Shown here piece after piece: positions 6,624 through 15,175 of a DNA stretch of 36,052 nucleotides; within the stretch, counting starts at the first letter, position 1, and every line of letters begins with the position of its first letter. The stretch is from a virus (Duplodnaviria; Caudoviricetes), in the IMG/VR virus record IMGVR_UViG_3300020599_000015, positions 1-36,052 of that record. One strand, 5' to 3'. Under the pieces are notes generated by a model. The model worked only from the letters and a program-made list of their open reading frames with translations, did not search any database and was not told the origin of the DNA. The translations under genes and the position numbers were made by a program.

Positions 6624-7891
6624 CCGAGCTCCTACCTCATCCGCTGGCCGAGTTGTTTCCGATGCTGCCCGAACAAGAGGTTCGGCAGCTTGCCGATGAC
6701 ATCGTGACCTTCGGGCAGCGTGTGCCGATCGTGTTGCTTGACGGCAAGATACTTGATGGGCGCAACCGCTATGCCGCATGCCGGTTCGCGAATGTCGAGC
6801 CCGTCACGGCTGAATATGACGGTGACGATCCGCTAAATTTCGTCCTGTCGCACAACCTGCATCGCCGCCACCTGACCGAAAGCCAGAGGGCTCTGGTCGC
6901 GGCAAAGATCGTCGATTGGGAAAACGGTCTGAACCAGCATACCGCAGGGCCTGCAAATTTGCAGACCCGCGAAGCGGCACGAAAGCTTTCGATATCCGAG
7001 CGCGCCGTTGCCGCGGCTAAACGCATCCATGAGCATGGCGCCGCCGAACTGGTCGAGGCCATCCGCGACGGGCGCGTATCCGTGCATGCCGGCGAAGCGC
7101 TTTCGGCGCTTGCCGTGGAGGAACAACGCAAGGTGCTGGAGCGCGAGGAGCGCGATGTCATCCAGCGCGCCAAGGAAATCCGCGCGGAGAAACAGAAGCT
7201 TCGCCATACGGTGCGGCTGGCGCATCTCGACATGGTTGCCGAAGTCGGCGCCCCTGCCGCGCCGGGGGAGGTGGCCAAGCTCTATCCGGTGATCTATGCG
7301 GACCCGCCTTGGCGGTTTGCCGTCCGCTCCGAAACCACGGGCCGGGAAAAGAGCGCCGAGAACCATTATCCGACGATGCCGACCGAGGAGATTTGCGGCC
7401 TGCTGGCCAATCTCGGCGGCGTTGCGGCGCGCGATGCCGTGCTGTTCCTGTGGGCAACCAACCCGATGCTGCTCGACGGCCTGCGCGTACTTCAGGCGTG
7501 GGGCTTCACCTATGTGCACCACTGGGTGTGGGACAAGGAAGTTGCCGGCACCGGCTATTGGGGCAGGGACCGGCACGAACTGTTGCTGGTCGGCCGGCGT
7601 GGAGATGTGCCGGCGCCACTGCCGGGCACCCAGCCCGAAACCGTCTACCGCGAGCGCAAGGGCCGGCATTCGGCCAAGCCCGATTTCTTCGCCGAGCAGA
7701 TCGAACGGCTTTATCCGGGCATTTCCAAGATCGAACTGTTCTGCCGCTCACCGCGTCCCGGCTGGGATGTGTGGGGGTTCGAGGCGGGTGATGACGGTGG
7801 CAAACCTGAGGAGCCGGCCAGCCCGCCACGCAAGTCGGGCAAGCGCGAGCCTCGCCAGAAATCAGATCAACAACCGGAGGCATCTCCATGA
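6620..7891 (+). CDS. ParB-like N-terminal domain fused to MT-A70 family N6-adenine methyltransferase
   Basis: HPLAELFP...PIVLLDGKILDGRNRY (ParB-like); IYADPPW, HSAKP, IELFCR (MT-A70). Confidence 0.9.
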   Translation: MTELLPHPLAELFPMLPEQEVRQLADDIVTFGQRVPIVLLDGKILDGRNRYAACRFANVEPVTAEYDGDDPLNFVLSHNLHRRHLTESQRALVAAKIVDWENGLNQHTAGPANLQTREAARKLSISERAVAAAKRIHEHGAAELVEAIRDGRVSVHAGEALSALAVEEQRKVLEREERDVIQRAKEIRAEKQKLRHTVRLAHLDMVAEVGAPAAPGEVAKLYPVIYADPPWRFAVRSETTGREKSAENHYPTMPTEEICGLLANLGGVAARDAVLFLWATNPMLLDGLRVLQAWGFTYVHHWVWDKEVAGTGYWGRDRHELLLVGRRGDVPAPLPGTQPETVYRERKGRHSAKPDFFAEQIERLYPGISKIELFCRSPRPGWDVWGFEAGDDGGKPEEPASPPRKSGKREPRQKSDQQPEASP

Positions 7892-8997
7892 AAATGCAGA
7901 CAACTGCCGGCCAGCTTGTGGCCGGGCTTCGCCAGTTTCGCGGCATCATCCAGAAGCGCAACACCATTCCCGTGCTGGGCATGGTGCGCTTCAGGGGGGG
8001 GCACCTGACGGGCACGGATCTCGACAGGGAGCTGACGGTAGCCCTGCCGACCATCGGCGCCATGGAGGGTGAGGCCGTGGTGGATTACTTCGGCCTCGCC
8101 GCGCTCGCCGGCTGCATCGATCGCGACGAAGACCTGACGCTGACCGAGGCAGAACATCTGGCGACGGTTTCCTTCAACGGGTCCGAATATCGCATGGCAT
8201 CATGCGCCGCGGGCGACTTTCCTGATTTTCGCGCGGTGGAAGGCGTGCGCACCGCCACCGACAATCTCGGCCTGATCGCGGCGATGCGAAGGGTGCACTT
8301 TGCAATCTCGACCGAGGAAACCCGCTATTACCTGAACGGTGCGGCGCTTCTGAATGGCCCCGATGGTGCAATCATCGTGGCGACGGATGGTCATCGCCTT
8401 GCGATGATGCCCCTGGAAGCCATGCCGGAGGGCGCGGCCGGCAGCATCATTCCACGCGACACCGTGCACTGGCTGTGCGCCAACAGGCGGGAGCCGGAAT
8501 CGATCCTGTTCGATGGCGACGCAGGAAAAGACGCAACTGCGGCCAACGCACGCTTCGACTTGCCGGGCGGCGTGACGCTGTCCACAAAGCTGATCGACGG
8601 CACCTATCCCGATGTTTTCCGGGTCATTCCGCGCGAGCCTCAGCCTATGCTCACGATGGACCGGGAGCGGCTTCTGCGCGTGCTGAGGCGCATGCGGGAA
8701 TTCGGGTCTGGCGTCGGTCGGGGCCTCAAGCTCGGCTGTGATGGCGAGTCCCTGACCCTGCATCTGGTCTGTCCTTTCAACTACCGCTCAGCCACCGAAA
8801 AGATGCCGCTGGAACAGGGGAGGGCCAAGCCCTTCGAAGCCGGTTTCAATGTCGACTATCTGATTTCGGCATTGTCCGAGTTGCGCGGCGACGAGGTGAC
8901 CTTTGCGCCGGATCGCGGCGAGGCGGCCGGCTCGCCCTGCCTGATCACCTCGACGGACGACAGCCTGCGCATCGTGCAGATGCCCATGCGGGTGTAG
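7888..8997 (+). CDS. dnaN: DNA polymerase III beta sliding clamp homolog
   Basis: KRNTIPVLG, GTDLD, AISTEETRYYLNG, VATDGHRLA, KLIDGTYPD, GFNVDYL, C-terminal MPMRV; 369 aa. Confidence 0.92.
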   Translation: MKMQTTAGQLVAGLRQFRGIIQKRNTIPVLGMVRFRGGHLTGTDLDRELTVALPTIGAMEGEAVVDYFGLAALAGCIDRDEDLTLTEAEHLATVSFNGSEYRMASCAAGDFPDFRAVEGVRTATDNLGLIAAMRRVHFAISTEETRYYLNGAALLNGPDGAIIVATDGHRLAMMPLEAMPEGAAGSIIPRDTVHWLCANRREPESILFDGDAGKDATAANARFDLPGGVTLSTKLIDGTYPDVFRVIPREPQPMLTMDRERLLRVLRRMREFGSGVGRGLKLGCDGESLTLHLVCPFNYRSATEKMPLEQGRAKPFEAGFNVDYLISALSELRGDEVTFAPDRGEAAGSPCLITSTDDSLRIVQMPMRV

Positions 8998-9007
8998 GGG
9001 CGCTGCA

Positions 9008-9301
9008 TTGACCGACACCATGTTCCCCATCATCCGGCAGGTGCATGACGCGGACGGCGATGCCGCCCGCGCGCGGGTTCTGCTCGCCATGCCGGACGTG
9101 CTGGTGCTCAAATATGCCCACACCCTCGCCGAGGCCTGCGAAAAGGCCCGGTTCCACGGCGGTGCGGAGTTCATCCTGCGCCGGGTGACGGTGATGCGCG
9201 CCACGCGCACGGCGGAAGGGCTATTGCCGGCGCACATTGCGGATGATTTCGAGCAATTCCGCGCGGCCTTCGTGGCTTTCGCCAACGGGGGCGCGCCGTG
9301 A
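9008..9301 (+). CDS. Hypothetical phage protein
   Basis: ORF in operon; GTGA overlap with the next gene; start uncertain. Confidence 0.65.
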   Translation: MTDTMFPIIRQVHDADGDAARARVLLAMPDVLVLKYAHTLAEACEKARFHGGAEFILRRVTVMRATRTAEGLLPAHIADDFEQFRAAFVAFANGGAP

Positions 9302-9594
9302 CGTCACATTCCTTCGATCCGGATCCGATTGCTCGAGCTCTCGCGCCTACCGTACGCGAGATGCTGCTCGACGAGGTGCGCCGGCAGGCTGCGGCGGAAC
9401 GGCGGGTGCATGCCGAGGAGATCGAGGCCGAGATCATGGCGGCGAGCCGCGAGGTTGCGCGCGCCGCCGACAGGCTGGCGCAGGCACGCTTTGCCGGCGC
9501 GGCCGAGGGAAATGCACATCGGGCACTGGTGAAGGCCGCCATGGCGCTTGGTCAGACCATGCGCAAGCACGGCCGCATGCCGAAGGGGGAATGA
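9298..9594 (+). CDS. Hypothetical helical phage protein
   Basis: Coupled overlaps at both ends. Confidence 0.65.
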   Translation: MTSHSFDPDPIARALAPTVREMLLDEVRRQAAAERRVHAEEIEAEIMAASREVARAADRLAQARFAGAAEGNAHRALVKAAMALGQTMRKHGRMPKGE

Positions 9595-11735
9595 TGGTCG
9601 ACCTGTTCGGTAACGCATTGCCAGATCATCGTCCACGGTGGCGGTGTCTGCCTTGCCCCGGCTCATACCCCGCCGCCAAGGTTCCATTGCCGGTGCCACC
9701 GCCATCGAGGACGGGCAGGCGTCGCGTTCGCGTAGTCGACAGCTTTGCGGGCGGCGGTGGCGCCTCGAACGGCATTCGACTGGCATTGCAGCAGCTTTAT
9801 GCGATGGAGCTATTGCCGACCGGGCATCCGCTCGACGTCGATTTCGCGGTCAATCACGACGACGCCGCACTTTGCATGCACGCGGCGAACCATCCGGATA
9901 CGATCCATCTGCCGGCCAATGTGTGGCAGGTTTCCATGCGCGAGACGCTTGGCGACGATCTGTTCGGGCTGCTCTGGCTGTCGCCGGACTGTCGTGATCA
10001 CTCATCCGCCAAGGGCGGGCCGATCACCTCGCGAGCCGTGCGCGACCTCGCCTGGGTGGCGATCAAATGGCTGAAGGAACTGCCGGACTGGCAGCGGCCG
10101 TGGATCATCTGCCTCGAAAATGTCAGCGCGTTCGCAAAGTGGTCGCCGCTGATCGAGCGACCGGACGGCAAGGGGTTCATGCGCGATCCGGAGCGGATCG
10201 GCTGGACCTTCCACCAGTTCGTGCATGAGCTATCGCGCTTCGGCTATTCCATAGGCTGGAAAGAGATCGTTGCCTGCGAGCATGGTGATCCGACCATCCG
10301 TAAGCGCCTGAAACTGGTGGCGCGGCGCGATGGGCAGGCAGTGGTGTGGCCGGAACCGACGCATGGCGACCCGAAGTCGGATGCAGTTCTCAACGGTGAG
10401 CTCGAGCCATGGCCGGTCGCCGCCGACATCATAGACTGGTCGCTCGACTGCCCGTCGATCTTCATGACGAAGGAAGAGGGGCGGGAATACACGAGGCGGA
10501 CAGGCAAGCGTGTCATCCGGCCGTTGGCCGCAAAGACCGATGCGCGGCTCGCCTATGGCGTGAAGCGGCATGTGATCGACGCGGGCGACGATGCCTTCGT
10601 CGTAACCTGCAACCATGCCGGCGATGGTTTTCGCGGGCAGGCGATGGGCGAGCCGTTCGCAACGGTGACGCGCGCACGCGATGCGCACGGGCTCGTCCTT
10701 CCTCACGTTGCGGTGTTTCGCGGCGATAGCACCGGCAAATCGGTCGGGGAGCCGCTGCCGACGCCAACAGCGAACAGCTTCATCAAGCGACCGGGCGGTG
10801 CTACGCCCATCGGGGTCTGCGAAGCTTCGGCGGTGCCTTTCATCAGCCGGGGCCAGCATGGCGGGGGCAATCGTCCGGCGACAGAACCATTGCACACCGT
10901 GGCTGCATCGGATGGCGACCAGAACCAGATAGTCGTTCCCTATCTCGTCCCGCGCTATGGCGAGCGCGAGGGGCAGGAGCCGCGCAGCGTCGGCATAGAC
11001 CGGCCTGCACCGACGCCCGTGCCGGATGGCAACCAGGGCAGCCTGGCGGCCGTCTACCTCGCGCAGCACAATGGTGGACCGCGCGCGCCTATCGGGCGGC
11101 CGGTCGGTGAACCTCTATCCACTGCGACCGTCGAGGGATCGCAGCAGCAGATCGTCGCCGCCTCGATGCTGTCGCTCAAAGGCAGCGAGCGCCGCGACGG
11201 ATCGTGCAGGGATGCGCATCCTGCTGTCTGTGCCAGTGGCCAGCATTCGGCCGTGGTCACGTTGCCGCTGATGACCGCGTACTATGGCAGCGGCGACGGC
11301 TTCCGGGTCGACCAACCGTCATGGGCAGCTACGACCCATGATCGTTTCGGTCTGACAATCGCCGATGCTGCTTGTCCGCCGCTGACCGACGCACAATGGG
11401 CACGCGCCCGTCAGGTTGCCCAGTTCCTGCGGCGGCATGGTTGCTGGGACGGCGGCGAGATCGTCGCGCTTTCGATTCGCGGGACGGTGTTAGTCATTGT
11501 CGATATCGGCATGCGCATGCTGACGCCGCGTGAGCTGGCGCGGGCGCAAGGTTTTCCGGACACCTACATCCTCAATCCGATCTTCAACGGAAAACCGCTG
11601 GCGGAAACCAATCAGCGGCACAAGATCGGGAATTCGGTCTGCGAAAAGCCGGCCGCCGCCGTCATCGTCGCAAATTATCGCCCGCCGCTGGAATGGGGCG
11701 AAGCATGCGATCCGTTCATGGAGGCTGCTGAGTAA
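9591..11735 (+). CDS. C5 cytosine DNA methyltransferase with a large repetitive insert
   Basis: DSFAGGGG (motif I), SPDC (IV), ENV (VI), R.R (VIII), RMLTPRELARAQGFP, KIGNSV (X). Confidence 0.92.
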   Translation: MMVDLFGNALPDHRPRWRCLPCPGSYPAAKVPLPVPPPSRTGRRRVRVVDSFAGGGGASNGIRLALQQLYAMELLPTGHPLDVDFAVNHDDAALCMHAANHPDTIHLPANVWQVSMRETLGDDLFGLLWLSPDCRDHSSAKGGPITSRAVRDLAWVAIKWLKELPDWQRPWIICLENVSAFAKWSPLIERPDGKGFMRDPERIGWTFHQFVHELSRFGYSIGWKEIVACEHGDPTIRKRLKLVARRDGQAVVWPEPTHGDPKSDAVLNGELEPWPVAADIIDWSLDCPSIFMTKEEGREYTRRTGKRVIRPLAAKTDARLAYGVKRHVIDAGDDAFVVTCNHAGDGFRGQAMGEPFATVTRARDAHGLVLPHVAVFRGDSTGKSVGEPLPTPTANSFIKRPGGATPIGVCEASAVPFISRGQHGGGNRPATEPLHTVAASDGDQNQIVVPYLVPRYGEREGQEPRSVGIDRPAPTPVPDGNQGSLAAVYLAQHNGGPRAPIGRPVGEPLSTATVEGSQQQIVAASMLSLKGSERRDGSCRDAHPAVCASGQHSAVVTLPLMTAYYGSGDGFRVDQPSWAATTHDRFGLTIADAACPPLTDAQWARARQVAQFLRRHGCWDGGEIVALSIRGTVLVIVDIGMRMLTPRELARAQGFPDTYILNPIFNGKPLAETNQRHKIGNSVCEKPAAAVIVANYRPPLEWGEACDPFMEAAE

Positions 11736-12268
11736 TGGCTGTGTCCGATACTGCGCGCCTCGCCACCATCCGTCGCCAACTCGATGCGATCTCGCCGGGG
11801 ATATGGATGCGATCCCATGACGCGCACGGTTGCTTTGTGCTGGCGCGCGATCCCATGGGCGAGTTGTCCCCGGTGCTGCGCTTCGACGGTCGCGCCACGG
11901 ATGACGAAATCGCGCTGGTGACCGATCTGCCGGAAAACATGGCGTTCCTGATCGGTCTGGTCGACCGCGCCATAAAGGCGATGCGCCCGTCCGAACAAGG
12001 TCGCCAGCACATTGCGGAGTCGCACCACCGCGATCCGAAGGACTATGCCGCCGAATGCGCAATGAAATGCGCCGAGCCGGCATTCCGTGTCTTCCTGGAG
12101 CAGGAGCATGGGCTTGAACGCCCGCTGACCGATGAACGCGTGGCGCAGAAGGTGCGTGGGCTGCTGGGCGTGTCCAGCCGCGCCGAACTCAACGACAGGG
12201 GTCAGGCCGCCGAGCGCTGGAAGGCGCTGCGCGGCGATTTCGATGCATGGCGGAGGGCAGGGCGATGA
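11735..12268 (+). CDS. Hypothetical phage protein
   Basis: TAATG coupling; C.EPAF..FL...VR.LLGV.SRAEL motif. Confidence 0.75.
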   Translation: MAVSDTARLATIRRQLDAISPGIWMRSHDAHGCFVLARDPMGELSPVLRFDGRATDDEIALVTDLPENMAFLIGLVDRAIKAMRPSEQGRQHIAESHHRDPKDYAAECAMKCAEPAFRVFLEQEHGLERPLTDERVAQKVRGLLGVSSRAELNDRGQAAERWKALRGDFDAWRRAGR

Positions 12269-13461
12269 GCGGCCCCAGACTATCCATTATACCGGCACGT
12301 GCGGCGACCGATCCAGCGCTGAAGCCGCGCGATCTTCAGGTTCTTTGCGTTCTGGGGCGCCATACCGACGAACTCGGATGGTGCACGAAGAGCCAGGTGA
12401 AGATGGCCAACGAGATGGGCTGCGCTCGGTCTACGGTGTTCGATGCCGTCGAGCGGTTGGTCAAGGCTGGCTATCTGGAACGCTATGTGCAGGAAAGCAC
12501 GAACGGACGTGACAGCCCACATCTCTATCGCGTCATCCTCGATCCAAAGCATCCCGATCTGTCGCGCATTCCGGTGGACGATTCAGACGCGTCAGACCCC
12601 TGCCGATATACCGGCACCCCTGCCGATATATCGGCACCCCCTGCCGGTCCAGAGTCGGCACCCCCTGCCGGTCTAGGACCGGCACCTAAGAACGACCCTA
12701 TCAGAACGACCCCCTCGGAACGGGATGAGAGAGAGCGCGGACGCGAGGTCGATCGAAGGAAGATCGAAAATGCGGGATGGGCGCTGCTGAAGGATTGGCC
12801 GGGCTTCGCCGGAATGCCGAAAGAGCCGGCGTTGCGGATGTGGTGCGCGCTGTCCGACGAGGATAGGGCTGACGCGGCGCGGATGTTCCCGCACTGGCTG
12901 GCGCTGCTGAAGGCGCAGAAGAAATCCCATGTTCCGGCGCCGTCAACCTATTTCGGGCAAAGGCTGTGGGTCGACGTTCCCGAGCCGCAGGACGTGAAGC
13001 CGACATCGGTGGAGGCCAAGCCGTTCGGACCGTTGTGGATGGTTGCCAGGCTGAAGCATCTCCTCGCCGGGGCAACGATGCGGAGCGATCTGACATCGTT
13101 CGAGCGCGGTATGGTTGCCGAGGGCAGGGCGACGGAAGCCGAACTCCTGCTCGCAAAGCAGTCCAAGACCGGGTTTCCGGCTGTGAACTTCATGCACGAG
13201 CAGGCTGCCAACCGCCGCGGCGTCTCGGTTTCGCCTGCGCTGGAAGCCTTCGCATCGGCCATGGTGGCGGTGCCGGTCGGATGTGATGTCTACGACCAGT
13301 GGCGCTCTCTGCACGATCGGCTGGGTTGGCCATGGCTGCCCGATCCGGGCGGACAGCGTGTCGTGTATTTCCCGGCCGGCGGGCCGGAAGGACTTGGTGA
13401 CTTCGAAGCGGCGATACGAGGAAATGGGAATGATGGCGATCGACGTGAAGCGGCTGAATGA
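12265..13461 (+). CDS. Replication initiator with N-terminal winged HTH
   Basis: LKPRDLQVLCVLGRHTD..GWC.KSQ..MA.EMG.ARSTV..AV.RLVKAGYL; internal iterons. Confidence 0.82.
   Translation: MSGPRLSIIPARAATDPALKPRDLQVLCVLGRHTDELGWCTKSQVKMANEMGCARSTVFDAVERLVKAGYLERYVQESTNGRDSPHLYRVILDPKHPDLSRIPVDDSDASDPCRYTGTPADISAPPAGPESAPPAGLGPAPKNDPIRTTPSERDERERGREVDRRKIENAGWALLKDWPGFAGMPKEPALRMWCALSDEDRADAARMFPHWLALLKAQKKSHVPAPSTYFGQRLWVDVPEPQDVKPTSVEAKPFGPLWMVARLKHLLAGATMRSDLTSFERGMVAEGRATEAELLLAKQSKTGFPAVNFMHEQAANRRGVSVSPALEAFASAMVAVPVGCDVYDQWRSLHDRLGWPWLPDPGGQRVVYFPAGGPEGLGDFEAAIRGNGNDGDRREAAE
12596..12686. repeat. Iteron array, putative phage replication origin
   Basis: Tandem palindromic units CGGCA-CCCC(C)-TGCCG (three full, two partial) within the initiator gene. 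Confidence 0.75.
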
Positions 13462-14089
13462 GGCGGATACCATCGATCTGACCCGGTGCTATGCCGAATC
13501 AGATCGGCAAATGCAGGTCAGCCGTCGCCAGCAGACGCTTCTAGCGTCGGCCGCAATGGACGGCCAGAAGCGCTGGGCTATCATCCGCGTTGGTAATAGG
13601 CGCGAGAATGATGTGGATAAGTCCCTCTCTGCGGCGCTGGTGGAGCACTGGTTGCCTCTTCGAAAGGGTGATCGTAACGAGGGCGGCAGGCGCACCGGCG
13701 GGGCTGGATCGCCCGTCTGGGTGCTGGCTTGGCCGGGATACATGTTCGTCCGCGTGGTCGACACACCGGCATCATGGGCAGGTCTCGCCACAGTGAAGCA
13801 CGTTCGGTCCGTCCTCGGATACGATGAGCGTCCTTTGTTCATATCTGATGACAAGATATTGAGAATAAAGGCAGAATTGGCAACTCTGAAGGATGCCTCA
13901 AAGAACTCCGGTATGCTTGTTGGTGAGGGGGAAAAGGTCCGTGTGGATGACGGTCCGTTTGCGTCGTTTCCCGCTACCGTGACGAAAATCGGTGAAGGAT
14001 CACAGGAGGGGCGCGCCTGGGTCGAGGTGATGGTTTTCGGGCGCGCCGTGCCGGTTGAACTCGATCTTGCGCAACTCGCAAAGTCGTAG
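13430..14089 (+). CDS. NusG-family (NGN+KOW) late antiterminator
   Basis: WPGYMFV; GEKVRVDDGPFASF; VEVMVFGRAVPVEL; occupies the Q position before the packaging genes. Confidence 0.9.
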   Translation: MMAIDVKRLNEADTIDLTRCYAESDRQMQVSRRQQTLLASAAMDGQKRWAIIRVGNRRENDVDKSLSAALVEHWLPLRKGDRNEGGRRTGGAGSPVWVLAWPGYMFVRVVDTPASWAGLATVKHVRSVLGYDERPLFISDDKILRIKAELATLKDASKNSGMLVGEGEKVRVDDGPFASFPATVTKIGEGSQEGRAWVEVMVFGRAVPVELDLAQLAKS

Positions 14090-14222
14090 TAGCCGATTCA
14101 ACCTATCGATAGCCGACAGCGCACATTCCAGGTGAACAGTGCCATCGGCGGCCAGCCCTACCAGAGCGATTTGCTCACCGACTCAGGGCCAGTGCGAAAG
14201 CTATGCCTAAAACGTGAGAGAC

Positions 14223-14594
14223 ATGAGCAGGCTCAAGAGCCTCAAGCCGCGTGTGGGTTCACTCGCCCCGCGCATTGGTCATGCACCCGATAATGAGCGT
14301 GCCAGATCTAGGCAGCGTGATGAAAGCCAGCCGTGGCGCCAATGGTACAAGACGGCGCGTTGGCAAAAGCTTCGGTGGTGCGTGCTGGTGCGTGACCTGT
14401 TCACCTGCCGGCGTTGCAACAGGATAGAGGCAGATACATCGCAGCTTGTTGCTGACCACAAGCGCCCGCATCGCGGTGATGAGCGTCTGTTCTGGGACGA
14501 TCAGAACCTTCAGTGCCTTTGCAAGGCATGTCATGACCGGGACAAGCAGAGCGAAGAGCGGTCCAGCACGATGATGCGCGGCATCTGGGATTGA
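14223..14594 (+). CDS. HNH endonuclease (HK97 gp74-like packaging cofactor)
   Basis: CRRC...DHKRPHRGD..LFWD..NLQCLCKACHD; directly before the terminase. Confidence 0.9.
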   Translation: MSRLKSLKPRVGSLAPRIGHAPDNERARSRQRDESQPWRQWYKTARWQKLRWCVLVRDLFTCRRCNRIEADTSQLVADHKRPHRGDERLFWDDQNLQCLCKACHDRDKQSEERSSTMMRGIWD

Positions 14595-14695
14595 GCAGGC
14601 GAACGCCGGCGCGGCCCCTATGGGGGGGTGGGTCGAAAGTTCAGACCCCTCCGAGCCCTAGACCCGCGCCCCCCTCATCTAGGGATTTTTTTCTC
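14595..14695. other. Probable cos region
   Basis: Non-coding gap between HNH and TerS with G-run GGGGGGGTGGGTCGAAAG and C-run CGCGCCCCCC; exact cut site not determinable. Confidence 0.55.
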
Positions 14696-15175
14696 ATGGA
14701 ACCGGAATTTGACCTGTTCGGTGAGGTGGTTCCGCCCTGGCTTGGAAAGCGCGGGCGTCCGCCTTTCCAGCCGACTGAGAAAATACGCAACAAAGTCAAG
14801 CTGTTGCTGGCGCTCGGATGGGCAACCTCTCGCATAGCTGGTGCGGTCGGCATCTCGCCTGCGACTCTGAAGCGGTATTTTAGAGCCGAGCTGAAGGATC
14901 GCCTCTTCATGCGCGATCGCCTCGATGCCCGTCGTTTCGAGATCGCCATGGAACAGGCGAACGCCGGCAACATCACGGCGCTGCGTGAGCTCTCGGCCAT
15001 GATCGATCGTAACGACCGCATGGAGATCGAGCGCGTCATGGGATCGAGGCCGAAGGACGAGGGGTCCCCGGCGCGTGTCGGCAAGAAGGTGATCGACGAG
15101 CAGCGTGCGCACGCGGCCGACGCGGACCTGATGGCGGAACTGGAGCGTGAGGCCTCGCAAAATGCCACCCACTGA
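14696..15175 (+). CDS. Terminase small subunit
   Basis: RGRPPF.PT...HTH IAGAVGISPATLKRYF; upstream of and overlapping TerL. Confidence 0.8.
   Translation: MEPEFDLFGEVVPPWLGKRGRPPFQPTEKIRNKVKLLLALGWATSRIAGAVGISPATLKRYFRAELKDRLFMRDRLDARRFEIAMEQANAGNITALRELSAMIDRNDRMEIERVMGSRPKDEGSPARVGKKVIDEQRAHAADADLMAELEREASQNATH

Noticed and set aside
9237-9590. Extended N-terminus of the 832-aa methylase ORF
   Set aside because: Overlaps two coupled genes; ATG 9591 has an RBS and ATGA coupling
12596-12686. CRISPR-like repeat array
   Set aside because: Spacers are only a few nt, the array is inside a CDS and there are no cas genes; fits iterons
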